Positions 27,474-37,717 of a stretch of 64,000 bases of DNA are shown here, one piece after another. Made by a program: the position numbers and the translations under genes. Position 1 is the stretch's first letter; the number at the start of each line of letters is the position of its first letter. Origin of the DNA: Phycisphaeraceae bacterium (GTDB lineage: Bacteria > Planctomycetota > Phycisphaerae > Phycisphaerales > Phycisphaeraceae); the NCBI GenBank assembly GCA_963674705.1, contig OY771506.1:768001-832000 (forward strand), in the 5' to 3' direction. The notes below the pieces were generated by a model that saw only the letters and a list, made by a program, of their open reading frames with translations, had not been told where the DNA came from and searched no databases.

Positions 27474-28148
27474 CTAAGCAGGCTCAGCCCCGCCGTCAAG
27501 CCTCCGTAGCATCTCCGCCAGCGGCATCTGATCCAGCGATTCCAGCAGCAGCCCCGCGTGAGAAAAATCCTGATACCCCGTCATCGCTGTGGGCACCGCA
27601 ACCGTCTTCATGCCCGCGGCATTGGCGGCCGTGATACCGAGCGCTGAATCCTCAAACGCCAATACCGACTCGGGCTTCACGTCAAGCAGTTCACATGCCC
27701 GCAGGTATGGGTCCGGGTCCGGCTTGTGTTTCTCCGTATCCTCGCAGCAGACGGTACATTGAAAGTGATTGAACAGGTCGAGTCGCTTCAGGTGCCCGTC
27801 CACCCAGCGGTGGGTCGAGCCCGAAGCGACCGCGAGTTTCAATCCCATGCCAAGCGCATCCCGGATCACCTCGCGCACGCCCGGCTGCACCGGTTGTTGA
27901 TCGAGTTTGTCGGCAACCACTTCACGATACTGTGCGATCACCGCATCGATATCGAGTTCGCGATTCAGTTCTTTGGCTAAGCGACGCGGAAACAGATCGA
28001 TCTTGACGGGCTTACCCATCACCTCGAGCCAAGCCTCCTCGGGTAGCTCCCGTCCATACATGGCAAAGATCTGCCGCCACGCCTCGCATTGCGGGCGTTC
28101 GGTTTCGAGTATGAGGCCGTCAAAGTCGAAGACGATTGCTTCGATCAT
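27474..28148 (-). CDS. HAD-superfamily phosphatase (beta-PGM/CbbY-like)
   Basis: FDFDG, VASGS, KPDPDPY, FEDSALG. Confidence 0.9.
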   Translation of the reverse strand: MIEAIVFDFDGLILETERPQCEAWRQIFAMYGRELPEEAWLEVMGKPVKIDLFPRRLAKELNRELDIDAVIAQYREVVADKLDQQPVQPGVREVIRDALGMGLKLAVASGSTHRWVDGHLKRLDLFNHFQCTVCCEDTEKHKPDPDPYLRACELLDVKPESVLAFEDSALGITAANAAGMKTVAVPTAMTGYQDFSHAGLLLESLDQMPLAEMLRRLDGGAEPA

Positions 28149-28852
28149 CGTGACGCGGCCCGTATGGCTTTGATGGCGGCGGCGCGATCAGGTTGGCCGA
28201 AAAGCGCCGTCGCGGTGACGGTGCAGTCAACGCCCGCAGCAACTGCCGAAGGCAACGTCTCGGTGTTGAGCCCGCCGTCCATCTGTATGCGCGTGCCTTT
28301 ACCGACGCGTTGCTTGAGCCAGCGTGCCTTGTCGAGCACCTCGGGCATGAACTTCTGGCCGGAGAATCCCGGGTTCACACTCATCACCAAGACCATCGCA
28401 AGCTCATCCAGATAAGGTCCGATCCCGGCCTCGAGTTGTTCGATCGTGGTCGGTGGATTGACCACCATCCCGGCGCTCATGCCGGCGTCTTTGATGCGCT
28501 TGATCAGCTCGGAAGCGTCGTCGCCGTCAGGCTTGTACGGCGCGCACACCTCCATGTGGAAGGCATAATGGTTGCAGCCGGCCTTGGCAAATTGCTCGAT
28601 GTAATCACCGGGCTTTTCCACCATCAAATGTGCGTCCAAAAACGACGCGTTTACGTTCCTGCGCACACCGGCGATCATATCCGCCCCCATGGTGAGGTTC
28701 GGCGCGAAGTGGCCGTCCATCACATCCACGTGAAGCAGGTCCGCGCCCTTCTCTAGAACATCCCGGCAGTCCTCAGCCATCCGGCCAAAGTCCGCGGACA
28801 GGATAGAAGCGGCAAGATACGTATGTTCAGGCGGTTGAGTCAGGTCAAGCAT
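28145..28852 (-). CDS. rpe: Ribulose-phosphate 3-epimerase
   Basis: SILSADF, HVDVMDGHFAPN, DAHLMV, VMSVNPGFSGQ, DGG. Confidence 0.95.
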   Translation of the reverse strand: MLDLTQPPEHTYLAASILSADFGRMAEDCRDVLEKGADLLHVDVMDGHFAPNLTMGADMIAGVRRNVNASFLDAHLMVEKPGDYIEQFAKAGCNHYAFHMEVCAPYKPDGDDASELIKRIKDAGMSAGMVVNPPTTIEQLEAGIGPYLDELAMVLVMSVNPGFSGQKFMPEVLDKARWLKQRVGKGTRIQMDGGLNTETLPSAVAAGVDCTVTATALFGQPDRAAAIKAIRAASR

Positions 28853-28867
28853 GCGGACATGATAGAT

Positions 28868-28974
28868 GAAAGCAGGAAACGCAGGAAATTCGGAAAGCAG
28901 GCAATAAGCAACCTGCCATCGAAAACGAATGACTGTATTTTCTGCTTTTCTGTTTTTACTATTTTCTGCCTTTT
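28868..28974. repeat. AAGCAG-rich imperfect palindrome, family D copy 1
   Basis: Left arm has AAGCAGGAAA-like units and right arm TTTTCTGC units; shares 19 bp TATTTTCTGCTTTTCTGTT with 41065-41083. Confidence 0.75.
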
Positions 28975-29005
28975 AAATAACCCTAATCCTCCGCCTTTTC
29001 AGCCA

Positions 29006-29989
29006 TTAAAACCGCATCATCGCACCGATGCGCACGAACGGTTCATCGCTGATATCGCGCAACGTGTCGTCGTCCCGGACGTCCCAGCCACGGCTGAATT
29101 CCTGGTCGAATGCATATCCGCCGGCCAGAGTGACCGTGACCCCGGGCAGGCGATTGTCGACATTGCCGTTCCAGGTCAGCCCGGCTTCGACGCGCTGCTG
29201 GGAGAACATGAGCCGGCGGTGCTCGGGATCGTCATCGAGTGTGTAGGCGTTGAATCGGCTGTCATAGCTGGCAAAGGCGGCCCAGCCGTCGACAAGCTCG
29301 TAACGCGCGTTGGCGTTGAAGTTCCAGGGGATGATGTAGGTCGCCTGCAGCCGGGTCTTCTCATTGGGGAAGACCGTGACGGTGCTGGCGGGGAAACCGA
29401 CCGCGTATTGCGCCCCCTCATACACGCCGTAATACACGAAGCCCGGCAGCGGCAAGTCGGGGAAGATGCTGCGGTTGCCGTTGTATGTGAGGATGTATTT
29501 ATACCCGTGAGTTTCATCGATCGGTTGTGTGACGATGACGTCGGCGATCCCGTAGTAGGCTCGTCCGTCGCCGAAGGCGTTGTCGCCTGCGTACCCAGCG
29601 CCGAGCGTGACCTGCAGATCCAAGTCGTTTTCCAGGTCAAAATGCATTGAACCGGCTGCGGAGACATCGATAAGCCTGTCCGGTATGACCGGGTCGTCGC
29701 TGTGGGTATTGAGCTGGTGGTAGAGCACACCGGCTACAGGCTGCTGGGGGTTGCCCGGATCAAGTTGCATTCGGCCGACCGCCACATATCGCGACAGCCG
29801 AACATCCTGCCCGGATTGCTTGGCTTCACCGCTGTTCTGCGACCAGTTGTTGACATAGAACTGGGCCGTCTCATCGCTCTGCCAGGGTACGACAAGGATG
29901 GTCGAAGCCGTCTGAGCGTAAGCGATCGTTGCCGACAACACACAAGCGATTATGCCAAAAAGCCCGCATCTGATAACCGTGAAACGCAT
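29006..29989 (-). CDS. Probable outer-membrane beta-barrel protein
   Basis: Signal peptide, alternating aromatic beta-strand pattern, LPLPGFVY, C-terminal Phe (MMRF); AGGAGG RBS before ATG 29989. Confidence 0.65.
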   Translation of the reverse strand: MRFTVIRCGLFGIIACVLSATIAYAQTASTILVVPWQSDETAQFYVNNWSQNSGEAKQSGQDVRLSRYVAVGRMQLDPGNPQQPVAGVLYHQLNTHSDDPVIPDRLIDVSAAGSMHFDLENDLDLQVTLGAGYAGDNAFGDGRAYYGIADVIVTQPIDETHGYKYILTYNGNRSIFPDLPLPGFVYYGVYEGAQYAVGFPASTVTVFPNEKTRLQATYIIPWNFNANARYELVDGWAAFASYDSRFNAYTLDDDPEHRRLMFSQQRVEAGLTWNGNVDNRLPGVTVTLAGGYAFDQEFSRGWDVRDDDTLRDISDEPFVRIGAMMRF

Positions 29990-30061
29990 GACGTACCTCC
30001 TGATCGGATCGGTCGGAGCCCTCGTGACTCCGTGCAAGACAGTATAACCTTCTCGGCGCAA

Positions 30062-30094
30062 GAAAAACCGGGTCTTTGACGCACAAAAACCCGG
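30062..30094 (-). terminator. Intrinsic terminator after pgk
   Basis: Minus strand CCGGGTTTTTG-TGCGT-CAAAGACCCGG followed by TTTTT. Confidence 0.65.
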
Positions 30095-30121
30095 CGGGTT
30101 CCGATTTAACTGGCTGATTAC

Positions 30122-31309
30122 TTACTTCTCGTCGAGCAGCTCAACGCTGGCGAACTTCTTGCCTTCGAGCATCTCCAGGCTCGCGCCACCGCCGGTGCTG
30201 ACGTGGCTGACCTTATCGGCGAAACCGAGCTGTTGGATGGCCGCGGCACTGTCGCCGCCGCCGATGATGCTGGTCGCGTTGGAGTCGGCGATCGCCTGGG
30301 CGACGGCCTTGGTGCCGGCATCGAACGGAGGCATCTCGAACACACCCATCGGCCCGTTCCAGACAACCGTGCCGGCATCCTTGACGGCGTCGCAGAACAG
30401 CTCGATCGATTTGGGACCGATGTCCAGTCCCTCGTAGCCGTCGGGGATGTCACCATCAACGATCTTCTTGTTGCAGTCACCTTTGAACGCGTCACCACAG
30501 TGCGTGTCGACAGGCAACATGAGTTTGTCACCACCGGCTTCGAGCATACGTTTGGCGTCTGCCACACGGTCCTGTTCGACCAGGCTGCCGCCAACCTTCT
30601 TGCCCTGCGCGAGGAAGAAGGTGTAAGCCATCGCACCACCGATAAGCACCTTGTCGCAGATGTTCAGGAGGTTGTCGATGACGGTGATCTTGTCGGAGAC
30701 TTTGGCTCCGCCGAGGATCGCAACAAACGGGCGTTTGGGGTTGGCGATCGCGTCGGTGAGGTACTTGATTTCCTTCTCGACGAGAAAGCCGCAGACGGCG
30801 GGTTTGCCGGCGGCCTTCATGGCCTGGGGCACGGCGACCATCGAGGCGTGCTCGCGGTGGCAGGTGCCGAAGGCGTCGTTGCAGTAGATGTCACCAAAAC
30901 CGGCGAGCGTCTGAGCGAAGTCGGGGTCGCCCTTCTTCTCAGCCTTGGCGAAGCGCAGGTTCTCAAGAACCAGGACCTGCCCGGGCTCGAGCGTCATTGC
31001 TTTGGCGCGGGCGTCTTCACCGATGGTATCGGTGGCAAACTTCACGTCGATCCGCAGCAGTTCGCCGAGGCGCTCGGCAGCGGGTTTGAGGCTGAATTCC
31101 GGCTCGGGGCCTTCACCCTTAGGTCGACCCAGATGGCTCATCAAGACCAGTGACCCCCCGCCATCCAAAACACTGTTAATCGACGGGAGAGCCATACGTA
31201 TCCGTCGATCGTCGGTAATCTGCCCGTCTTTCAACGGGACATTGAAGTCAACGCGCATCAGCACGCGTTTGCCTACCACGTTGGCGTCGGCAATTGTCAT
31301 TTTTGGCAT
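30122..31309 (-). CDS. pgk: Phosphoglycerate kinase
   Basis: [47 protein letters not shown]. Confidence 0.97.
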   Translation of the reverse strand: MPKMTIADANVVGKRVLMRVDFNVPLKDGQITDDRRIRMALPSINSVLDGGGSLVLMSHLGRPKGEGPEPEFSLKPAAERLGELLRIDVKFATDTIGEDARAKAMTLEPGQVLVLENLRFAKAEKKGDPDFAQTLAGFGDIYCNDAFGTCHREHASMVAVPQAMKAAGKPAVCGFLVEKEIKYLTDAIANPKRPFVAILGGAKVSDKITVIDNLLNICDKVLIGGAMAYTFFLAQGKKVGGSLVEQDRVADAKRMLEAGGDKLMLPVDTHCGDAFKGDCNKKIVDGDIPDGYEGLDIGPKSIELFCDAVKDAGTVVWNGPMGVFEMPPFDAGTKAVAQAIADSNATSIIGGGDSAAAIQQLGFADKVSHVSTGGGASLEMLEGKKFASVELLDEK

Positions 31310-31462
31310 CGCTTGCTCCGAATTAAAAGGCAAGAAAATACAGGCGGGAGGCCAATCATAGTGAACCGCTACAGACTCGCAAATCTGAACTTTTTATGCA
31401 TCGTGACATGACGGCTTGTTTGGAATTGTTACAAAATTGAACTTTTAGATGGTCAGCGTAAG

Positions 31463-31900
31463 TCAACCGCGTATCTGATCCGACAGCGTGTTGATAGCCT
31501 TGTCAACAAAACGCAACAAGGCCCCTTTAAAGCCTGTGACAGGGGCATAGACCTCCAGTTGGCCAGCTTGCTCCAGGTGGGTACGCACCGCTTTCAATTC
31601 CTCTAACTCGCCCTTGTCTAACCAGATACCGTAGCACTTCGGACACATGTCCACGGCAACCAAGGTCTGTGGATACACGAAACAGGCCAAGGGCTCCATA
31701 CAGTCCGGGCATACCCTAGTGGTAAACTCTGCATTGTCGAGTACTTTCAGGTCTTTGGCGGCCACAGACAGTACCCGCGTCAGTGAACCGGGGTGAAACC
31801 ACAAGCCGCCACACTCCCGGCAGCGATCGACCCGGGCTTCCGGGTCTTTCTTCACGCGCTGAGCAACCAGCGTCCCGCTATGGCAATTAGGGCAGCGCAT
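31463..31900 (-). CDS. Tandem TFIIB-type zinc-ribbon protein
   Basis: CPNC..VDRCRECGGLWF and CPDC..VDMCPKCYGIWLDKGEL. Confidence 0.85.
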   Translation of the reverse strand: MRCPNCHSGTLVAQRVKKDPEARVDRCRECGGLWFHPGSLTRVLSVAAKDLKVLDNAEFTTRVCPDCMEPLACFVYPQTLVAVDMCPKCYGIWLDKGELEELKAVRTHLEQAGQLEVYAPVTGFKGALLRFVDKAINTLSDQIRG

Positions 31901-31911
31901 CCTGTTACTCC

Positions 31912-32757
31912 TTACCAGCTCCCCGTTGCTCCCCCACCGCCACTGGACCCGCCCCCGAACCCCCCGCCGAATCCGCCGCTGCTCCAGCCGCCACTGGAAT
32001 CCTGCGGCATGTGTCGGCTAATCGTTGCGACTACCGCTAACAACGCCATGATCAACATAATCAGTAAACCGACCGCCACCCAACCCCAGCCGCGTTTGCC
32101 GCTGCGGAACAGGCTGTAAGCGATAGCCCCCACGATTGGGATCGCAACAAGCAGGATGATCAGTGGCCAGTTGGTCCCCACCCGGACGCCGCCGAACTCC
32201 AGCATGACTGCTTTGACACCGGAACGGATACCCTCGGCGTAAGCGTCCTGCTTGAAGTACGGGATGATGTCGTTGTCCATAATCCGCACAGCGTCGCCGT
32301 CACGTGTTCGGCCGTAACCTGCGCCCAGTTCGATGCGTGCTTTGCGGTCCCGTCGAGCGACCAGCAACAGCACGCCGTTGTTCTCCGGCAAGTTGCCGAT
32401 GCCGTAGGTATCGAACAGCCCAGTGGCGAAGGATTCGATGGTCGTCTTCTCGGTAGCCGGGTAATCACGGATCGAATCGATGGTGACGACCGCGAATTCT
32501 ACGCCGGTTCTCGATTCGGTCTGCCAAAGCCAGCGTTCTATTTCTTCTTCCTGAGGTTGTGAGAGCAGGCCCGCCAGGTCGGTGACGTAGCCGTTGTCGG
32601 GCGCAGGATACGGCGCGAAGTGGCTGGTGTTACGGCCGACTTGTTGTCCCGGCGGCGGACCCGATTCCGTATCGCTCCTCTCTTCCTGCGCAGATGCCGT
32701 CGTCGCGCATACCAGCAGTAAGAGGCATAAACACAATCGAAGTAGCGGACTATTCAT
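31912..32757 (-). CDS. TPM-domain (YgcG-like) membrane protein with Gly-rich tail
   Basis: Signal peptide, YVTDLAGLL, GIG..NNGVLLLVA..DRKARIELGAG, two TM helices, GFGGGSSGGGGATGSW. Confidence 0.9.
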   Translation of the reverse strand: MNSPLLRLCLCLLLLVCATTASAQEERSDTESGPPPGQQVGRNTSHFAPYPAPDNGYVTDLAGLLSQPQEEEIERWLWQTESRTGVEFAVVTIDSIRDYPATEKTTIESFATGLFDTYGIGNLPENNGVLLLVARRDRKARIELGAGYGRTRDGDAVRIMDNDIIPYFKQDAYAEGIRSGVKAVMLEFGGVRVGTNWPLIILLVAIPIVGAIAYSLFRSGKRGWGWVAVGLLIMLIMALLAVVATISRHMPQDSSGGWSSGGFGGGFGGGSSGGGGATGSW

Positions 32758-33199
32758 CGTACGCCACCTCGTCCGGTATCTCGTTGATGTCGCCCGGTTG
32801 GATCGGGAAGTGTTCCGCGAGGGTGTTGCCGATCGCAATGATCGCCTGTTGCAGTGCGTGACCATGTTGTCCAGCCTTGAAGCCTTCGATGATCTGATCG
32901 CGTACCGAATTCCAGTAGTCGTCCTGGACATGCTGATGGATGCCCTGATCACCGTATATGAGTAACTCACGATTGGTGGTCACGATCATGATCATGACGG
33001 CATTACGTTGCGCGGTCTTGTCGAGGCCGTGCTTCCGAAACAACCGGGCCGCCTTGCGGCGCAGATCATCGATGCAATGCCGAACGATCAGCAGCTTGAA
33101 TTCGGCGGAGGTGCGTGATTCAGCCTCGGTGATGGCGCGGCTGACCTGTTCTGATTCCTCAGCGGTAAGGAAGTGCTTGGGATCATGCGAGCGTTTCAT
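32750..33199 (-). CDS. TPM-domain protein (partner type)
   Basis: AITEAESRTSAE, RNAV, GDQGIH, HFP...DINEIPD. Confidence 0.88.
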   Translation of the reverse strand: MKRSHDPKHFLTAEESEQVSRAITEAESRTSAEFKLLIVRHCIDDLRRKAARLFRKHGLDKTAQRNAVMIMIVTTNRELLIYGDQGIHQHVQDDYWNSVRDQIIEGFKAGQHGHALQQAIIAIGNTLAEHFPIQPGDINEIPDEVAYDE

Positions 33200-33373
33200 G
33201 GGCCCGGCTCCGGTGTCGATGCAGATAAGACAAGCCCATCTTAATCGACTTTCAACCCAAGTGCTTTGTTCAAGATCTGCTGTACACGCTGTCAGAGAAA
33301 TAGCGGAAATTGGATAACCGCTTGATTACGCCCTACATTCGTACAGGTTTAGCTAGAATTGAAGGACGGGTAT

Positions 33374-34594
33374 ATGGCCGAGACAAGAACGATCCATGCA
33401 ATTGAAGCCGATGCCGGCGCGGAATTTATCAGCTACGGTCCGACGGACGGCGGGGCCGTCGACATCGCTGAGAGCTTCGGCCGGTACGAGGTGGAATACG
33501 CTGCCATTCGCCAGCGGGTCGGGATCATGCACCTGCCACAGCGTGCCCTGCTGAACTTCACGGGCGCAGACCGGCAAGACTTCCTGCACCGGATGGTCAC
33601 GCAGAACATCAACGCGCTGAAAGGTGGCGCGACGGTGCGGTCGTTTCAGTTGAACCAGAAGGGTCGCATCCTGGCTGACATGCTGGTGCATCACGGCGAT
33701 GAAAACACGTGGTTGGAGATGGACCGTTTCGACCTGCCAACCGTTCAGAACCTGTATGAATCGCACCTCTTTGCTGACGACGTTGTGATCGAAGACTGGA
33801 CCGAAAAGCGTACGGCGTTAGCCCTACACGGGCCGAGTTCGGTTGAACTGCTTCGTGTGGTATGCGAAGAAGACCCGCAGCCCATGGCGGACATGCCCGG
33901 GACGCATCATGTGCTGACGCTCAAGGGCGCGAGAGTGACGGTGTATCGACATGACGTATGTGGATCGCCCGGCTTTGGGTTGTGGGTACCGAGCGAACAT
34001 GGGGCGGAGGTTTACGAGGCTTTGTTAACGGCGGCGGGATACGAGGCGGATGTGCCCGATCAACAGACGGACCCGCAGCAGGCGGCAGCGTTCGCGCAGC
34101 GGCGGCGAGAGAGTTTGCGTGGCCGGCCCGTGGGTTGGTCGGCGTTTAACACGGCAAGGATCGAGGCGGGCTCACCGATCTTTCATATCGACTTCGGTCA
34201 CGACTCGCTGCCGGCGGAGACGGGCGTGCTGGAGGAGGCGGTGAGTTTCACGAAGGGCTGCTATCTCGGGCAGGAGATCGTGGCGAGGATCCACAGCCAG
34301 GGGCATCCGAAGCGGTTGCTGGTGGGATTGCGTGTCAAGGGGGATGACCTGCCTGTTGCCGGGGCCCAGGTGTTGGAGGTGGGCAATGCCGATGAAACCG
34401 GTCACCCGAGTACGACACAGAACATCATCGGCGGTGTGACCAGTTCGGCGGTCTCCCCGGTTCTGGGCCAGCGGCCGGTGGTGTTTGCGGTGATGAAGTG
34501 GGGATACCACACGCCGGGCAGCCGCGTGCTGATCCCGACAGAGGGCGGCCTGGTCGAAGCCGAGGTGCAGGGGCTTAGGTTCCTGGATAGCTGA
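33374..34594 (+). CDS. ygfZ: YgfZ/GcvT-family folate-binding protein
   Basis: Signature SFTKGCYLGQE; FLHRMVTQ; ARIEAG. Confidence 0.88.
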   Translation: MAETRTIHAIEADAGAEFISYGPTDGGAVDIAESFGRYEVEYAAIRQRVGIMHLPQRALLNFTGADRQDFLHRMVTQNINALKGGATVRSFQLNQKGRILADMLVHHGDENTWLEMDRFDLPTVQNLYESHLFADDVVIEDWTEKRTALALHGPSSVELLRVVCEEDPQPMADMPGTHHVLTLKGARVTVYRHDVCGSPGFGLWVPSEHGAEVYEALLTAAGYEADVPDQQTDPQQAAAFAQRRRESLRGRPVGWSAFNTARIEAGSPIFHIDFGHDSLPAETGVLEEAVSFTKGCYLGQEIVARIHSQGHPKRLLVGLRVKGDDLPVAGAQVLEVGNADETGHPSTTQNIIGGVTSSAVSPVLGQRPVVFAVMKWGYHTPGSRVLIPTEGGLVEAEVQGLRFLDS

Positions 34595-34774
34595 TTAGCC
34601 TGTTAAGGTAGGCAAAAACATAAAGTCCGATATTTTCAGGCCCGGGAACACTTGAGGCCTCGGCACGTCTATTATTACTAGAGACCAAAGAAGCATCAGC
34701 CGTCGAAGTTACGGGCCAAAGGCCCGTGATGTCGATATGGTATTAGTGACATGTATCCAGGAAGCAGGCGGGGT

Positions 34775-35275
34775 ATGAATCAGCAGGCCTATCAGATTGA
34801 ACGGGACAAACGGGTACTGGTCGCCCGCCCTACCCGCAGCGAATGCAGCGGCAGTGATATCGCGGCGTTGATCGTGGAATTGTGCCAGCGGATCAATGAG
34901 GGCGAAGCGGACAGCGTCGTGATCGAGCTGAGCAACGTGCAGCACATGGACTCGGCGTGCATCGGGAAACTGCTTGGGCTGCGTGGACATACGCACGTGG
35001 TCGGCGGATCGGTCGCGCTGGCGGGTTGTCAGCCGAACGTCGAGTTTCTTTTCAAGATGACCCGGCTGGACAAGGTGTTCGGAATTTATGCGTCGACCGA
35101 GTTGGCGGTGGCGGAACTGCGAGAGCGGCGGACGCGGCCGAAGCCGGCGGCTCTGGAGGATGAGTCAGCGGACGGGCATCGTAACAGACAGTATGCCCCC
35201 CTGCTGAACGCCTTATTGCGTGCCCATCAGCGCAGACGGGCTCATGCGGGCGACCTGCGGCAACATGGGGCCTGA
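34775..35275 (+). CDS. STAS-domain anti-sigma-factor antagonist with C-terminal extension
   Basis: VVIELSNVQHMDSACIG, LFKMTRLDKVF. Confidence 0.85.
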   Translation: MNQQAYQIERDKRVLVARPTRSECSGSDIAALIVELCQRINEGEADSVVIELSNVQHMDSACIGKLLGLRGHTHVVGGSVALAGCQPNVEFLFKMTRLDKVFGIYASTELAVAELRERRTRPKPAALEDESADGHRNRQYAPLLNALLRAHQRRRAHAGDLRQHGA

Positions 35276-35425
35276 ATAACGGGCTTGTCGATCCGGCGGA
35301 TTCTTACGATTAGGCAAACAGACCAAACAGGATAATTGAGGCAAGGCTAGCTTTGACCTCAGCCTGTCTCATGGACGATCCGATAAAAGTGTGCGAGGCG
35401 GTACTTTGCTTTGAGGGTGTATGAG

Positions 35426-35779
35426 ATGTCTATGCTCCCAAATGGCTTTGAAGTTGAACAAGCTGGTCACCTGGTCACGGCACACCTACGCGCTGCCGAA
35501 GTCGCTCACGACGACATGCAGGCGCTGGTGCAGGAATGCATCGAGAAAATCCGCTACGACAAGGCCCAGAACTTCGTGTTCGATCTGGAACAGGTCGAGT
35601 TCCTGGCATCTGCGTGCATCGGATCGCTGGTGGAGTTCCTGCAGGAGGTCGAGCACTGCCGGGGGCAGATCGCGCTGGTGAATTGCCAGGAGAATGTTGC
35701 GTTCCTGTTCAAGGTGACCCGGCTGGACCAGGTGTTCCCGATGTACGACGACATCGAGGAAGCGATCGAGAATTTGTAA
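35426..35779 (+). CDS. STAS-domain anti-sigma-factor antagonist
   Basis: FDLEQVEFLASACIG, LFKVTRLDQVF. Confidence 0.88.
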   Translation: MSMLPNGFEVEQAGHLVTAHLRAAEVAHDDMQALVQECIEKIRYDKAQNFVFDLEQVEFLASACIGSLVEFLQEVEHCRGQIALVNCQENVAFLFKVTRLDQVFPMYDDIEEAIENL

Positions 35780-35945
35780 TCCGAGATTTGGGGGACCATA
35801 TCGGGGTCCGATAGTGCGTGGGGTTGAACAAGTCTTGCGCTATTGAATCACAGTAAATCACGAGCGTTGGTCCACTTCACCCGGTTTTTGGCCGAAGTTG
35901 TTGATGAGTGTCTATCCCAAGGCCAAGGTTATCGGGTGAACGATC

Positions 35946-36890
35946 ATGACAAAGCGATCCAGCTCTGAAGCAGGCGAAGACCAGCGATCCAAAGGTTCCA
36001 AGAAAAAGGGACGGCTTGGCAAGATCATCAAGCGCACGCTGATCATTGGCGTGTCAGTGGTATTGCTGATTGTGGGAACCACATACTTCCTGGCGCAATC
36101 TGAACCAGGTTATTGGAAAGAACACCAGCGGTTCATTACCGAAACCTCACCAACACGCATGCAGGCATTGGCTGACGAGGTTGAAGCGAAGATCGACGAG
36201 TTATCCAACCTTGGTCTGGAAGAGGCACAGGACAACCGGGGCGAAGTTGAATCGTGGATGCAGTCATTGACAAGGCCGACGGAACGCGTGGCCGATAGCG
36301 GAGATGACACAGAAGCAGGGCAAAATGAGGAACAGGACACGATCAAGCCGGAAGACGTAAAGATCAATGTCGAAAAAACGCTTACGCTCACGAACGAACA
36401 ACTCGCGGCAATCGTTGAAACGCGTTTTGATGAATGGATGAGTGAACGGGGTTACGAACGGCCAAAGGAAGTGCAGGACCCGATGGTCGTGGTTAGAGAC
36501 GGCGATCTTGTGATGGCGTTCCGCCTGGAGTCCGGTTCGTTTAGCGCGGTCATTTCAGGCAAATTCTTCGTCGAGATTCTGGACAACGGCATGGCGGAAT
36601 TAACGCTGCGCCGTTTCCAGGTCGGACAGTTACCCGTGCCTTCGGACATGCTCGGCGAACACCTGCGCAAAGCCTCGGGCGGAGATTCGCGGATGCAGCA
36701 GATTGGCGAGTGGTTGGGCAAACTGCAATTCATCGAAGTCAAGCCAGTGCTCGAAATCGAAAACCGACGACGCGCACGGGTGATGGATTACAAGATCGTC
36801 AACGACGGTTTGGAACTGACGGTGCGCGTGCAGGACTACAAGACGTATAAGTCAATGAACGAGGCGCTGGCAGATGTCCCGACGTATTGA
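35946..36890 (+). CDS. Membrane-anchored hypothetical protein
   Basis: Basic N-terminus, one TM helix, 314-aa ORF with normal codon use; no family recognised. Confidence 0.7.
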   Translation: MTKRSSSEAGEDQRSKGSKKKGRLGKIIKRTLIIGVSVVLLIVGTTYFLAQSEPGYWKEHQRFITETSPTRMQALADEVEAKIDELSNLGLEEAQDNRGEVESWMQSLTRPTERVADSGDDTEAGQNEEQDTIKPEDVKINVEKTLTLTNEQLAAIVETRFDEWMSERGYERPKEVQDPMVVVRDGDLVMAFRLESGSFSAVISGKFFVEILDNGMAELTLRRFQVGQLPVPSDMLGEHLRKASGGDSRMQQIGEWLGKLQFIEVKPVLEIENRRRARVMDYKIVNDGLELTVRVQDYKTYKSMNEALADVPTY

Positions 36891-37116
36891 TTCAACCCGT
36901 TCGCCGCAAAGCGTGCTTGTGTGAATCGTGTTTCCCACAAGCATGTATTGCCTCAAGTCTACTCAGACACATCATTTGTAAATATTATTTCACACCGGTT
37001 GAATTGGCCGACCAACAGAGGATATGATTATCTTGACACCGGGTGGCCATTGCGGCTGTCCGGGCATTTTGGTCGATCAGGTATCCAAACACATGTAGAA
37101 AAAGGAGGGAAGTAAG

Positions 37117-37656
37117 ATGCTTAGAACTATCCCATGCGCAGTACTGTGTGTTGTGATGACCTCTGCGAGTTACGGTTCGATCCTAGCTGGACCAACGGTC
37201 AATCCCGCGAACAATCACGTCTATTACCTGTTGGATATGACAAGCTGGACAAGCAGCGAAGCAGAAGCCGTATCGCTTGGTGGACACTTGGCGACAATCA
37301 ACGATGCCGCGGAAAACGCATGGGTGTTGAATACTTTCGGGCCACTGGTTTCGCGAAGCCTGTGGATCGGATTCAACGATGTTGCGGTGGAGGGCACGTT
37401 CGAATGGACGAGTGGCGAAGCCGTGACCTATACCAATTGGAACACGGGTGAACCGAACAACGGCGGTAGCGTGGTCGGCAACGAAGACTACACCGCCATC
37501 CTCGGTATGAGTTCACCTTACCCCGGCTACTGGAACGATACGATCAACGTCAGCGGCAACGGCATCGGCGAATACGGCGTGGTCGAGATCCCCGAGCCGG
37601 GAGCGGTGGTGATGTTAATGGTTTGTGGGATGGTGCTGATGGCGCGGCGAGGGTAG
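37117..37656 (+). CDS. C-type lectin-like domain protein with PEP-CTERM sorting signal
   Basis: Signal peptide; GGHLATIN..EN, WIGFND, YTNW..GEPNN, WND; IPEP-TM-RR; strong AGGAGG RBS. Confidence 0.88.
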   Translation: MLRTIPCAVLCVVMTSASYGSILAGPTVNPANNHVYYLLDMTSWTSSEAEAVSLGGHLATINDAAENAWVLNTFGPLVSRSLWIGFNDVAVEGTFEWTSGEAVTYTNWNTGEPNNGGSVVGNEDYTAILGMSSPYPGYWNDTINVSGNGIGEYGVVEIPEPGAVVMLMVCGMVLMARRG

Positions 37657-37717
37657 GTACCGTTGGTTAGTGGCTGGTGATGGATGAGGGGCTGGGTACG
37701 TATGATCGTGCCAATCC

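Noticed and set aside
28823..29650. 275-aa plus-strand ORF
   Set aside because: Reads through the family D repeat and is antisense to the beta-barrel gene
32758..32970. N-terminal extension of the TPM ORF in the ORF track
   Set aside because: Overlaps the upstream TPM gene in another frame; the signal peptide starts at 32757
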